A DNA stretch of 64,000 nt from Kudoa neothunni (GCA_964304625.1 OZ199839.1:9857072-9921071); one strand, 5' to 3'. Positions 23,757 to 38,362 are shown, counted from the stretch's first letter. A program made the numbers and translations. Notes: generated by a model from the letters alone, not told the origin.

Positions 23757-25053
23757 TTAAAGTTTAGCATGCTTAGCATCAGCTTTTGATTTGAGTATCA
23801 TCAAACACTCATCTAAGACCTTTTCTTTCTATAACAATTCCAGTGAGTAAACAGAAAAAAGGGAAAAAAGCGATCGTACCACATCAGGGGTGATAGCTTT
23901 CTCAACTTGAGGGAATAACCATGTGCGCAACAACAACGAACTATAATATTTTTTCAATTGGGTTATTTCCTCTTGGTAACGAAGTCGTTTCATGAATTCA
24001 ACATATTTGGTGTTAAGATGATTTCTATATTTGATCTCAGTTTTCATAGCTTCGAGGTCCTAGATAAAAATCGATTAAATAAACCCCCCAAAAAGCAATT
24101 AATGATAACATTTTCATAGTTGGCCAGCATCAGTCGAACATATTGGTAATCAAGTTGGCTTTTGAGAGAGTCCATAATTTTTTTGTAAGCTTCGGCAGGT
24201 TCATCAAGAATCTTCTGCGTCATATTAGAACGATGTATTTCTTTATTTGTAAAGTAGTTGACGATTTTATCTCCCGCCAACCTTCTGGCGGCTTCAATGA
24301 GAAACATAATCACATAGAAAGCTTGGAACTAAATTTTGTAGGTAAAACAATTAACTAGAAAGTACAAAAAACAATTTACTCCATCGAAAGAGACAAACTC
24401 TTTACTACAGACAGTAGCAAGGGCACCCAACACCCATGCATAAGGTGCGAATTCGCCTCCCACTTTACGATACTCATTCACAACTTGCGGTATTCCATAG
24501 GCCCAATACTGTAAAGAATCGTTGTTGTCATAGTAGTTTCTCCAATATTCGGAAACGAAATCGCTTTTGGAGATGTGTGTGAACAGAATTTCACATTGAT
24601 TGCCATTCATGAGCATGGGTTTGAGCAGTTGATCAGTTTGTGGTGTGTAATCTACATTGCACGATGAGAAACGAACATTTTGATAAGAAATAACCAAATT
24701 TAAGAAACTCTTCTTCATCTTCTTTGATAACATCTTCAAAAGGTCTAAAACGGTGATTTAATTAATTGTATAAGTTCAAAAAGTGGGAATTCGCAACAAA
24801 ATACTTCACATATAGAGATCTAAATAATAAAAATTAGATTATAAATGCATCAATATTCCAACACGAAAATCACGAAAATCACAAAATTCCCAAAATTCCC
24901 CAAAATGGTGGGTAAATTTGAATTTAAAATGAAAATATCACTCATTTAATTTCGGATTTAACAAAAATTAATCTTCTACCTTTTGGGAATGACATATTTT
25001 ATGGCTGATGCTGTGGGTGTAATGCATCTCACTTTATTGATCGACGACAACAT
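23757..25053 (-). CDS. ATP5PB: Mitochondrial ATP synthase Fo subunit b (peripheral stalk), multi-exon
   Basis: Presequence MLSSINKVRCITPTASAIKYVIPKR; conserved blocks YRKVGGEFAPYAWVLGALATVCSKEFVSFD, EAMKTEIKYRNHLNTKYVEFMKRLRYQ and TWLFPQVEKAITPDVKEKVLDECLMILK; includes a 15-nt exon 2. Confidence 0.92.
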
Positions 25054-25121
25054 CACCACACTGGTCGATTTCAACGAAGACGGATAGTTTCGGTTATTCT
25101 CGGTACAACATATCTGTAGCG

Positions 25122-28100
25122 ATGGATTGGACTCCACAAATTCTACATGACAGAATAAAGCAGTCGGCGGCGATCCAAGCTCAACAACCGACAGCATGGG
25201 ACTGGATTGATGCATTCAAACAGGAAGTATATGTTTTAACACATTTCAATTGGAACTATTCAATCAATAAGTTTTTACATTGTGCCAAGTTGATTCCCTT
25301 GGAAAATAAAATCAAACATAATCGATTTTTTAATGATAAGATATCATTTGATATATATGTGAATCCGGTTTTTATTCGATATTTTTAGAAAAATGCTATT
25401 TTGTTGGTTTTTGATGTTCTGAGGAGTTGTACAGATATAGACACATTTCGACTTACTGTTATGCTTCTAAAAAAGATTGTAATAATGATAGAAATTGACT
25501 GATTAGAAATGATGTATGTTTTAGATTAACGGTTTGATTTCGGTACTTCAAAATCAAGATATTCTTGTAATTTGAATAAAAAATACATTTGTTGTGTTGG
25601 TGGGATGGTGTATAATTGTTTTTGCGTAGGCTTTCATTGAATTATTAATGAATATAACCACTAAGGTGGTAATTACCGATAAACCAACACTAAACAACGT
25701 AAATTCTTTTTTGTTTTTATGCTGCTTCACCAAATCAATTAGTTGTGTTATATACTGGCCAAATTGGCTACTAGATCCGAAAACAATATGTTGATTGCAT
25801 TGTTTAATCACTTCAAAAAAAATAGCGCATCCGCTGAAATGAACGAATTCAATCAATATTATACTGTTTATCTGCTCAATTTTCTATACGAATCGTTGAC
25901 AATTCTCGATGAAAAACAGTCGGACGCTGAAAATCTACTCAACCAATTCCGAACAATATCTCAAGAGCTGCTTGTTTATTTGGTGAGTTTTATTATTGGT
26001 GGTGGTTACAGTTATGGAGCTGATTTGTTGTTATAGATAGAGAATAGAAACAATAATTTTAATTCCGTTATAATCTGCTTCAGACTGGGGATCAAACTTG
26101 ATCTTTTCCATCTGTCCAACAACAATCTGTATTCCAATAAAATATTCTTGATGATGTTCGAAGCTTTGTTGAATCCCTCCCTTATCAATAGCTCAGAATT
26201 GGCATCGTTACCGGTCAATATAGAGATTATTTTGAATGTAGTATTCAATTAAATAGTCCTGCTAATCATTACTTTTGTATTTTTGTATACGATAGAAATT
26301 GAAAAGAAGAGGAAATATTAGCAATTACGCATTCTACAATAGTTTCTATGCGAATTTTTTAAGTGTACTCCAAAATGGAACTCAATCTGCGTATTGTACC
26401 CACTTAGATGACGACGAGTAGCTATTTGGTCTTGTGTGTGTGTGTTATTTACGATCAATTTTCCAATAGGTTTATTCTCAACCTATACTATATGGCCTAC
26501 TCCGTGGTTAATATTCACGAAGAGGAAATATCTCAATTATTGTGTAAATTTTTAATCTGCCTTTGCCTATCTAATACATTTGTATATAAACCAGTTTCAA
26601 AATATTTTAATTTGGAAAATAATAACGTTTCGAATTGATTAAGCAGGATAATAATTAACTAAAAATAATGCAGTAATTCGAGTTATTACAACGCAAACTT
26701 AAAAATTTTTTTATTAGTTGATATTTCTAATTAGTCCTGATCTCTAAGGAAGAAGCAGAAGCGGCTGGTCAGAAATAATTAATATATGACAAAACTAATG
26801 ATACTTTAACATTATTTATTATTCAAATAGCCGCTTTCTTTAATTATAATAATAAATGAATTATATTAATTGAAATGAAGATAATCGATTAAAAATCAAT
26901 TCCTTATTATATCAAAGAAGGCAGTGTCTATTGCAACGGATATTGTTACTCCTAAATGACATTTATACATCTATGCATGTGCGATGTTTATTTTTTAAAC
27001 ATAACGTTTCCTATTTATGGTTGATGTATGAAGTTTATTTTTTAGAATTTTCTGTATTTAATTATTTCTGGCCCTTCGCTACCACTCTTAGGGGAAAAAT
27101 CTACTATATATATATATAAAGCTGAAGTGTGTGTCAAAATTTTTTCATGATGTTTCACACCAATAATTGTTCCCAAAAGTGTTTAGAAAATGGTGATTTT
27201 GTCGATTCAAAGTTTGATTATCGGATTTCTTGAGTTCAACAATAAGATTAACACCTACTTATGACCTGCCGATGGTCGGTTGAAGTTAACTTTCCTCCCT
27301 ATTTACTCTATCAAATTTAAATTAAACAATGACACCAATCTTGATTGTATAGTGTTGGTGTGTATATTTTAAAAATTATATTAATGATTTAAATATGTTA
27401 AAAAATCTACATATGTTTCATGAATAACAATTTTGTGGAGAAAGTTAGAATCATATAGATTGAAGCTTTATAATGGAAATATTGCTTCCGTATATTTCAT
27501 TGAAACCGTCCGCTATGTTGAACTTGTTGAACTTTCAATGGTTAAATTCAATTCAGATGGTTGTACTTTTACATCATCTTATTATTTGAATTGTTTATGT
27601 TGATATTGAATGGATCTGAAACTGTTTGTGAGAAATAGTGCGTTTATGTTCATGCCAGGACAAGGGATAATATTTTCAGCTTTAAAAATCAACAATCGTA
27701 ATTTCTCTTCTATTTCTTTATCTTGTTTTACCTCCCCAGAAAAACATGACAAAAACTTTCTGAGTCAGGCCAGAATCGGCTTTGAAATATCCAGGGGCCA
27801 AAAGTAACATTTTAGATAACACTTTAAGGTAATTTGAATAATTCAAGATGCAGAAAAAAATAACGCGAACCTTAAATTATTTAGCGTTGGCGTCGGGACA
27901 TGAACTTTTTAAGTTTCATAATCCAAATTATTAAATTGCTTAAAATTTTTTAGTTATCTTGTTTCTATGGGTTAATTCGAAACTTCATTATATTTTTTGA
28001 ATGCTATTAAAAACGTCCATAGGCGAAATCTTCCTCAAGCAACGCTGGACAGTTCTCGCTAGTAATTAAATAAAGTCAATATTACATTCACCCGGATACC

Positions 28101-31100
28101 ATGATCCCTATCCTAATAAAATATTTGTCTAAACTAAACTTAGGCTGCTATATTTTCAAAGTTAAATAGATACTGCTTCAAATTTAAGTGAATACAGAGG
28201 ATATAAACAAATGGGAATTAGATTTTAAAAGAAGGCTGTGGCTATTTCACAGGCAATTAATATCTCTAAAACAAACCAGTCAAATTTTTTGAAAACTTAT
28301 ATATTTTCATAATACATAAAGATCAAATGATTGATAAATTTTTCTACATATACAGACATCTTATATAGATGACCTTAAAATAAAGCACGTGATTGAATAT
28401 GAACAAGTTTATTAATTTTAGACCCGGAGTAATTACGAATTTTTTTTCATGAATGTATTAAAATATTTTAAAAATATCTAACGACAATTATCCATTAATT
28501 TGTGCACTAGAGTGATGAATCAAAGTTTATTTAACGTTGTTATGAAGTTTAATTCTTTTGGTGAATTAGACAATGCCATAAAGATTTATGAAAAGACATT
28601 ATATTGTAACTTGTATAAATGCCGGGAAAGAATCCTCGCAAATATTAAAAGCGGAATAAATAAGTCAACCCATCCACTTTTCGACACCACGAAATTACAT
28701 ATTGACATTTTTTCGGTGGTACTAATAGACACACAAAGAATGGATAATAAAATAAAAGAACCTCCAAAAATAATTTCTCTCTCTGTCAAACTTGCATTGA
28801 TAGTTTTCGAGGGTTGATTTTCTATTGAATTGAGTACATTTATTTTGGATATAAACACAATCATATCACCTCAAATATATAATGTATGCCTTGACGTAAA
28901 TATTTTTAAACAATTATATTCATTAAAATTATTTTAATGTTAAAAATTTCAATAAATTCTATCAGTTACTTTTAGAGATATTGATTGCCTGTGAAATAGC
29001 TACTGCCTTAAAAGAATTGAGAAACATTTAAATAAATTGATGAGATTAATTTTTTGAAGTACAATAGAAATATGATTAATAATAATAAAGAAAGATCAAT
29101 TAATAAACATAGTTTTGAGAAAATCATAAAATTATTTTTAATATAATTATGTGATCTCACATAAAGTATTACTTGTATTTTGTAGTACAACAAGTGAACT
29201 CATTCGAAGCTATCCCTTTGATAGAAATGACCATTTTCTGTATTCATAAAATCAGCATTTCCAAGATGATGTCATGTTTATCGATATGGCGAGATTTGTT
29301 GTATCTCTGCAGGCTGAAGATCACTTCTCAGAAATTGGAAGAATGGGGTGCTCTTCGACCGAGCCTATTAATTTCCCATTACTATATTTATTACGTGAAA
29401 AATATATTGTCTGTTGTGTACAATCTGGCTGACGATAGTGACAATTTGGGGAAGGGATTCTATCGTTTGCATCAATCTTTTCTAGCATTTTATGACCGGC
29501 CACCTCTCCAAGATGAGGTGATTTCATCCTACATTGTAGAGAATCACATTAAACCTAACGCTATCACCATACCTACCAACAATAATTCCAACCCAATCAC
29601 CATGCTTTCTATCAAGGGGTTTCTTGGTGTCGTGTTTATGAAACCCACTACCAGATACGAATTTTTGCCGCTGATGAAGGTGATGATTGACAACCAACTG
29701 TATCTATTGGACAAAATCTATGCTAATGACCCTTTCCTACATATGGCTTTGATTGATCTGATTAGTCAATCGATTGAATTGCAGTTGGAGCAAAAATCTG
29801 AATCCAGCCGATCATCTAATGTATCAGTTGAAAGTTTCCAATTGTCCACAGCCAATACAATGACCTATTTGTTGTATTTGTATGGCTGTTGCGCCAAGTT
29901 TAGTCATTCGTTGTATGGAAGGTTGATTCGATGTGTGAATCGTCTTTTCACACTGGATCCTAACAGTTTTCAGTTGTATTTGCCGGAATTTTTAGTGGTA
30001 AGCATCTTAGAAATAAAATTGTTTTGTTTATTCTAAAATTATACCTAAAGATTATCAACAATGCATACACTAATGCGAACAAAAAAATTACCGATGCTGC
30101 TATCGATATACTGGATCAAGCCGTAGATTTTACTTGCGTAAATTTGGCTACCAAATGCGATATCAGTCCAATTCTTTCGTCTTTGTTCACTCCGCACATA
30201 GATATTATTGCTACGGTAATAATTTCAATTAATTATCTTTATTTATTAAAGATTTTTCTTGGATTATCATGCCGATTTTTTGTTGATAAATCGTGTAACT
30301 GAATGTTGTGTAGGCAATCAGCAGAGGAAAAATTAATAAAACTGCGCTCTACTTTTTAAAGACCGCATTAGAGTAATAAAAAATAGTTTCACACCGCTAA
30401 CTGCTACATAGAGCTTTGGATGTGAACAATGCAAGACAATTTTATGTTCAACTAGTGGACAAAATGTTACCCATATTTTTGACTATACTCACCAGCAATG
30501 TGAATGAACATGAGATTATTGAAAATACTTGCAGGTTGATTTTTTTGTTCACTAAATAAAAATTAACGATGGTAATTATATTTTTAGTTGCCTGCGACGA
30601 ATAATTAGAGATTTGGGAACCTATTTCGCACCCTACCTAGAGGCCCTTATTGTTTCGGTATTTGCTTTGGATTTTTGATAAAAATATTCCTAATTATCAC
30701 ACTTTTTGGTTAATTATTAGATTAAAAAAGCATTCGAAGTCAATTTCCACCCCACCTATCTTTATATATCCAGCGTAGTGGTGGATGAGTTTGGACAGTT
30801 CGCCAACACCGACCCGATGGTAGCCAACAACATTAACAGTCTCGTAACTGCAATGTTCGATCTATCATTGCCGCGCATATGTCGCTTCGACAATGTACTT
30901 ACAGGTGACACCCAACTACAGGATCATATCGATCAGAGTATTGAAGATTTTTTTGTTCTTATCAAAAGGTACTAGTTTTGTTGGAGATTATTGTGCATAA
31001 CACGAAACCTAACTACTATGACTCTTCTAGATTGCTAAGATTGTATCCAACCCCATTTTTTAACCATTCAAAAATTGAAACAATCTGCGATGTTGCAATC

Positions 31101-31599
31101 AAATTCCTCTCTCGAAAAGACAGTTACACAGTTTCGTCGGTTGTATCTTTCTGGTCGGTTCTCATGGAAATTGCCCTCAAATCTACTAACAGCACCCACA
31201 AAGACACTGCATCTAAAATTCTTGTTCTCTACATGCCTAAAATTGTTTATACTATCATGGGCGAAATGGTTCATCATCCAATCTATTCGATTCTTGATGC
31301 CTATTGTGATTTGTTGTACGATATAAAAAAATGCGATCCCAATGTAACATTTTATATGTGATTTAAAATTGATTGGTTTAGCTTTATGTTCAATCACTCA
31401 ATCTAACCATTACTCAAATACGAAATAACGATCATATTCCTGCCCATATTGCCATTGTTGAAGAAATTAGTAAAGAATCATTGACGTACTTTGCATTTGT
31501 TTATTGACAGAAAAATTTTGTAACTTTATCATTTTTAGCCTGAACAATCGGGACAGTCTGGTCGATATTTGCGAAAGAACTTTTGTCAAACATGCCTAA
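25122..31599 (+). CDS. TNPO3: Transportin-3 (transportin-SR/Mtr10; importin-13 family) karyopherin, multi-exon
   Basis: C-terminal exons IIENTCSCLRRIIRDLGTYFAPYLEAL, FHPTYLYISSVVVDEFG, LQDHIDQSIEDFF and LRLYPTPFF align to TNPO3 IVERCCRCLRFAVRCVG / HSCFLYLGSILVDEYG / LQNHPDTVDDLF. HEAT-like helical exons throughout; one ~2.6-kb TE-filled intron (~26545-29185). The 5' exon boundaries are not all resolved. Confidence 0.8.
27100..28062 (+). mobile_element. Non-autonomous Helitron in the TNPO3 intron
   Basis: Starts TC (TCTACTATATATATATAAAGCTG) after A; ends with an imperfect hairpin (CAAGCAACGCTGG) plus CTAG before T; no TSD. Confidence 0.82.
28234..29007 (+). mobile_element. Mutator-like (MULE) deletion derivative in the TNPO3 intron
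   Basis: ~38-bp TIRs GGCTGTGGCTATTTCACAGGCAAT... with a perfect 9-bp TSD TTAAAAGAA; internal fragment KFNSFGELDNAIKIYEK resembles a MULE transposase N-terminus. Confidence 0.9.
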
Positions 31600-33779
31600 T
31601 TTCTATCTGCCCTCCAACATTTCCATTATACAAATATTTAACAGTTGATATTGTAGATTTTAAAATATTGGTTTTTTTGTTTCACAAACAAAAACTCCTA
31701 ATCCTGTTGGGTATTGGGTCGTCGTTTTTTCATCGTAAAATTGATTAGAATAAGTAACTAATTTTCTTAAAAATCTATATCGATTTTAAATATTAAATAC
31801 TTTGTATTTTTAATTTTACAATATATTGGTGGATTGTAAGTAAATCGGAATTAAAATTAGAAATAATTATATCGCTGATCAACATATAATAATATTCAAT
31901 AGCTGTCCTTTGTAAGAGGCGAAAACTACTACTCTTTTGGCAATTAACTTTTAAAATTAATATGTACAATGGAATTTTAAAAAATTATGAATATTAATTG
32001 GTTTATTTGTTCGAATCAATTTAATTAACGGAAATATTTATTTGTGAAATGGATAAAAATTTTAAATGGTGTACATATAAAAAATACTACTAAAAAAAAT
32101 ATGTTAAACTCTAATGAATTTGTCTTATTTAACTTAAAAAGAATAAAATATATGGCGAATAAATTTTGTTTAAACGATACTAATGTTATACAACCTATTA
32201 TTACTTTTAATTGGAGATCTCAACCAAGTATATGAAGGATTTTCTGCCAATTGTATATACCGTATTATTGAATCCGCTTTATTCTGTTGGCAACACGGTA
32301 AAAAAAATTATAATTTCCAACACCAAAGATATGTTATACAATTATAGGAAAAAGTTATGTAGAAACAAATTAAACCCCATTAAAGATTCTAAGTTTCGTA
32401 AAAAAAGTTTTGATATCGGAACCTATACAAATTTTATTTCCTTTATATGATTTTTTGAATTATTTGAATGGCCAATAACTAAATAATATTCATAGAATGA
32501 TAAATATAGAACCCAGTTTGTTTTCACCGGTGTAAAACTGTAAAACTGTAACATCGATTGAGTGACTAGTTTTACGAATTTTTTCCTATCCTATTAAAGT
32601 ATTGCTTAAAAAATGGGTGATTAATTCATTATTTTATGTTTTTTTTGTGTATGTGATTAAATGCGTTAATATTCATTTTAAAATTAATCAATCAATCAAT
32701 TATTTATTTATAAAATTATTATTTAAATAATGGTTGAAAATTAACCGTTATTGGTGTAATTAAAGAAAGATTGAAAATTATTACATTGGTTTTTAACAAA
32801 TGTTTATTCAAATTATCAATATAGCATTTTCAACTGTTCAATTAATAACATGAAGATATATTTAGCAGCAAATTTTATGGATTTAATCATCACCGATTGC
32901 ATTAATATTGAATTATTTTGCACCTAACCATGAGTTTTAAATCACATTCCACGAAAAATGATGGTTTAACCCCCCTAATAAACATAAAAAACGGTGAATG
33001 TGTAATGGTGTTTAGGATAAATTTTAACTCATATTATTGTTGTTGTTTTATAATATCTAATAATAAAAATTTTAAAATAATTTTTACTTCCTATAGATGA
33101 AACGTTAGCTAGTGCATATAAAAATATAACGCTTTCTTTGTTTTAATCGAGATTTCATCAACAATGTGATTGTGCTTATGAAGTCGGATTAAGTATTTTG
33201 CTCCAGCTCTAACTACAAAATAAAACGTACGAAAAATTATTGAAGTTAGGGCAGTTAAAAAACTTTTGTTGATTTGGAGGAGAAAATAAATTTATAAGAA
33301 CTTTCTCGCCATTTTTGGATAATTCTATCATTTTGTTATCGCATATTAGCATCTTACTTGTTTAATTCGAAATTAGGCTTCTTTTTCGCCAATAATAAGT
33401 TTTATAATTGTTCAACAATTTCTGAAAATAATTTCATTTAATCTTCTTGAAATTAGCAAATTTATCCTTTAATGATGCAAACGCACCAATTAACGATAAT
33501 TCCACCGCACTGAAGAAGGATAGAACAGGAAGCCAACTTCGAAAATATCGGTAAACATAGACTGATGATGGTATCAGCTTTATGACGATCTTTTCAGCTC
33601 CACATTTAGTTTGATTAAGACTAACGTTATTTGAGGTTTTAATTTAGATGATACCTCTGTAGTAGAGTTATCAACATTGCCAGTTTTCGGCAAGTTCCAA
33701 GTTGTAAATTTTTATAACAACTTAAATTACCAACATATACCTTTCATTGATAAATGCTGCTTATAAAATCTTCTTTTAG

Positions 33780-34200
33780 TGATAAATTGAACATTGAGAT
33801 ATTTCGTTTATTTTTTTGTACAACATCCCCATTATGGTCAATTTTTCAACAAGAAAAATACAAGAAAGAAATTTCCCGCTACAATATTTCTTTCAGGGTG
33901 AAAACGATGAATTTTCATGGATAAAAACAACATTTAACTAAAATTCTATTGTCTCAACGTTTCAGAATTATTCTTTCCAATATATATACGTATGCTCGTT
34001 TATTAGGCATATATCGGCGAAAAGTATATCTTGCTGGGAATGACATTAATCTCCCATCCATAAAGATGAAGATATATTGATTTTAATCACAATTTTTGGT
34101 GGTGAAAAAACCCACTTATCCAAAAGTACATGGGATGTGGTGGAATTTATAAAAATCTTTACGCAATTATCATGTACTATAATCGTTAAAATATAATTTT
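33780..34200 (-). mobile_element. Highly decayed piggyBac transposase fragment
   Basis: Minus strand near 33985-34080 reads FMDGRLMSFPARYTFRRYMPNKRAY, similar to the piggyBac DE.M..F.GR..FRQY.P.K motif; limits are approximate. Confidence 0.5.
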
Positions 34201-34755
34201 ATTGAGAGTTGTTTGAATCATTATATTATTTTATGAACATTGATTCCGATATTATTTTGAAAGATAGTTTAATATATACATTAGATATATTATCAAACAA
34301 ACTGATTTTTGTGAGTGTGAGATAATTCAATGTAAAAACAAAATAAATAATCATAATTGACTAAAGTTTTCTTTTTTAAAATAATGATTGAATGTTCTAA
34401 TATGGCGTTTTTATAAATATTTTATATTTTATGGCGATAAGATTTAAGTTTGCGTAAACACGGAATATACAAAATAATAAAATGTCTTTCCACTACTTTA
34501 TTATTTGCTTTAAACCAAGGTTTTTCCTCGCTTTCATTATTCTTAGAGCCTTTTATTGAGAAAAAAGATGAAAAATCTAGTTTAGGAATGTATAATTTGA
34601 TGGTTTCACTAAAATCCAAACCAACATAAAAATATGAGGAATTTAGCATTCATTCTATATTGAAATTTTTCTGATTTTTTTAAGAAAAATTAAGAAAAAA
34701 TTAATAGATACACTATTTAATATTGTATCTACCCTTCCATAAAAAATAATTTGAA

Positions 34756-36497
34756 GGCGAGTGTCTGTTTTTTTTCGGACGCGCTTTTCTCCTAAAATAA
34801 TATTTCAATCGTTATTATTGTTTCCAAAAAAATATCTTTTATAAATGCATTGAGGATATTTTCAATTCTCATATAAGTATTCATACATAATACTTCAAGT
34901 TTTCGATGAATCAGTGTATATTTCTATAATAAAAGTAATTTTATGTAGTGTAACGCTATAAAAGAGTAGAATGACCTTTAGAATGCATCTGTAACGTCGA
35001 TAATACCGAGTTCAATCATTATGGAAGGTGTGTCTGATCCAACACTACTTATTCGAGATATTATACCAGACATAGAGGTCGGCGATACATTCTTGAACCT
35101 TTGAAGGACTAAAGAATCAATGAATACATACTCAAAGTAGGAACGCTTTTGGTTGTTGGATCGGATATCCTTGAAAAAATTTTTAATAATAAAGGTTTTG
35201 TCAGTGGATTCGCTAATTTATTTAACAAATGTGAAGGTTGAGCAGGAGGATATATTAGTGTAAAGGCTAACAACTCAAATTAATGAAAAATTAAACTTAG
35301 ACTTTAACATACGATATAACACATCATTAACATCATATGCATACAATAATACGTAAGTTGAAATAAATAATTAAATCGAAACTTATTTCAATATTTGCAC
35401 ATTTTTTTTTCTACATACGTATGAAGTTACCATGCAGAAATATAAACTCTACTAGAAAGAAAACGAATATGGATTTATATGACAAAAAAATTCATATTCA
35501 GAATCATTTGTGTAATGTGCCACCAGATATTACATAAATTTCGAATCAATGGTCTGCACCGAATTCTACATTTAATCGATATTTGAACTTTAAATTCTTT
35601 TCAAAAAATAGCACACTGAGGGTCTCAACAAACAAAGACTCAATAGGATTTACTAAAAAAGATTTTTGGATGGGTTAATCTCGCTTGTTTTCAATGAGGA
35701 TTCTGTGGATAAGGTAGGTAGCTCATTTTTTCCACTTTTCATATATCAACTTAGTTTAGTTACAATTAACGTCTGAACTTATTATCAGCAACAATCAAGA
35801 AATTTCAGATCCAAAATGTAATGAGAGTCCCTTTAATAACATTTTTATTCTGCACTTCGTTACTGAGGAATCATGAAAAGAGAGGATGGATATGGAAATA
35901 TAATAAGCAGTTCGAGATAATGACACATCATAAATAACTAATATGAAAATCATAGATATTGTGAATGATTCTACAGTTAAATATCCATTTTTGATAGCTA
36001 TGTGGAATTTTATCCATGTTGCGAAATTCCACGAAATTATAGGAATGAAGTTGAGAGGTAGACCAAACGTTGTATTTACAAAGCAGGTAGATTTTAAGAA
36101 ATAATTTTTTATGTTGATAATAATTAATAATAATAATGTAACAAAAAAATAGATATATAGGATTCAAACATAATTTTATGTAGTTACACAGTACCATTTA
36201 ATTAAAAACTAAAAAGTTGAATATTCTATTAAATTTTTATGTTGTATAAATCATTTCTGTAGGAATATTTATCTAATTGTAAGAGTTTTATAAAGTAAAT
36301 GAGTCAAATAGTCATACTACATTTCTTGGTTTTAATTGGATTTTGTTGATAAAAATTTGATATGTTAACGTACGTCCCTGAATTAATGAAACTAAATTAT
36401 TATCCTGCATTTATAAAAAATATTGTTGGAAAAAAATAATAACGATTGAATTATTATTTTAGGAGAAAATTGCGCGTCCGGAAAAATAGACACAGCC
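34756..36497. mobile_element. Mutator-like element, non-autonomous
   Basis: ~90-bp imperfect TIRs (GGC..GTGTCT.TTTTT.CGGACGCGC...TTTTCTCCTAAAATAAT) with a perfect 9-bp TSD TAATTTGAA. Confidence 0.88.
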
Positions 36498-36679
36498 TAA
36501 TTTGAATTATATATTTTCTGGAAGTAAACATCAATAAGATAATTTTTGTTGTTCGGTATATTAACTTAATATATTCATATGTAATGAATCATGTCGTGAG
36601 TGAAATATACATTCAATAGCATTGTTTACATACACGTCGTCAAAAAACGTTTATAATAGCTAAGTACATTTTAATTGAC

Positions 36680-38055
36680 ATGTTGGTTTCTTTAATATGG
36701 TTTCGCTTTATTAAAAATAGTATTTTTAGGTAAAATAAGGTTAATATCAAATGTTAATTTAAATAAACAATAGAAAAGGGCATTGGATTCTTATGAAAAA
36801 GATGTCGGAGCGCCTCCGTCTTGGATGACTCCAGAGCAGCGACTAGCAGCTGTAGTTGACAGATGGTAATGTCGACAAAGCTACCGCTACGTGCAAAAAA
36901 TTCCAATATTTGGGTTCTCTAGGAAATTTTAACACTTCGTGTCAAAAGCCGTTTGCCAATATCATTGTAAATCATGATGTAAACTTTTTAACATTATTAA
37001 TAAGTAAAATTCACACCTGAAGAACAATCCAAAGCATGCGATTTCTCCATTGAAAGTAGGTGTTTGCGAAGTGCCCGAGGCGAATCGACAAGAGCGGTGG
37101 TATTTTAAAAAGACAGGGACTAATTCACCCTTTACCTACTCATGCGAAAAGTTTAAATATTCTGGGTGTGGAGGAAACGCCAATAATTTTATGAGTGAAC
37201 AAGAATGCAAAAATGCTTGTAACAGTAATTAAGTTTGAATAAATATGTTTATGATATAATGTCATTAAATAAATTAACTTAATTTAGATAAAAAGAATGG
37301 AAAAGTAGATAATGGTGTTGCAGATACCGCTCTTACTGCAATACCTAATAAGTTTGACTGCCTTTTTGCTGCTGAAGTAGATACCGATCAACCCAAAATG
37401 GGAGTTGTACTACATAAAGACAAAAAAAGATGTGTATATGCTGCTGTTGGTAAATTGTCAGATAGAGGATTTTTTGAGGAACTACCAAAATGCGTAGATA
37501 CATGCATAAGTATTAAATTGCGTCGATAAGTATATGATGATAATAATAATTAGCGGATTTGGTTGATGCTTGCGATGCAACTGAACCATACCAAGTACCG
37601 TCTGATGCAGAAACTAATGGGGCTGATGGTTCAGTTAAAGAATATTTTTATTTTGACAAAAAAGGCAAAGTATGTCGTCCCTTCTTTTCAAAAACTCCAG
37701 ACGGAGTGTCAGTTAAACTTGACGATGGCTCAAAAAAATATATTTAGTTCTGCCGAGATGTGTGCGAGCTTTTGTCCCGCCAGTACTTTATATTAAAATA
37801 AATTTTCAATTATATATCTAATCGAATTTAGCTGGCCATCTTGGTGATCTGAAAGCGGTTGATGTGTGTAAACAACAAAAAGTTGGTGTGCATAAAGAGG
37901 GCGAGAAATACAAATTAAATAGATATCATTATAATTCCGCTTCAACAAATTGCGATCAATTTGATTTTAATGGAAAAGAGATGAATTTGAATAACTTTGT
38001 GTCTACAGACGCATGTCGAGCTATTTGCAAGACACCTTTAACTACTGGCCATTGA
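36680..38055 (+). pseudogene. Five-Kunitz-domain secreted protein, copy K1 (frameshifted; pseudogene or sequencing indels)
   Basis: Six-exon structure as in K3, with single-base indels at ~36701, ~36868 (creates TAA), ~36934 and ~37735; canonical Kunitz FKYSGCGGNANNFMSEQECKNAC. Confidence 0.75.
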
Positions 38056-38362
38056 TGATTCGAAGAGATCTCTTTGTTTCAAACCATAAATTTAATGTTC
38101 AAAATACGTAATAAATAGAATTTGGTAGGTTTTAATTTATTACATCTTCTCTTTTTGTATTTAAGTACGTAATGGGACCGATTTTCTATCATGCCCTTGA
38201 GGTCACGGAGAAGTTAGTGAAAATGCGTTACTAACATATTTTTCGTAGGCATGCACGCGCAAAAAATATGAATGAAGCTATTATAAAGATATTAATTTAT
38301 TTGTCTAATTTTTAACAAGAATTTTGTAATTATATGGCCTAAGCTCAATATTTCGAGTAGAA

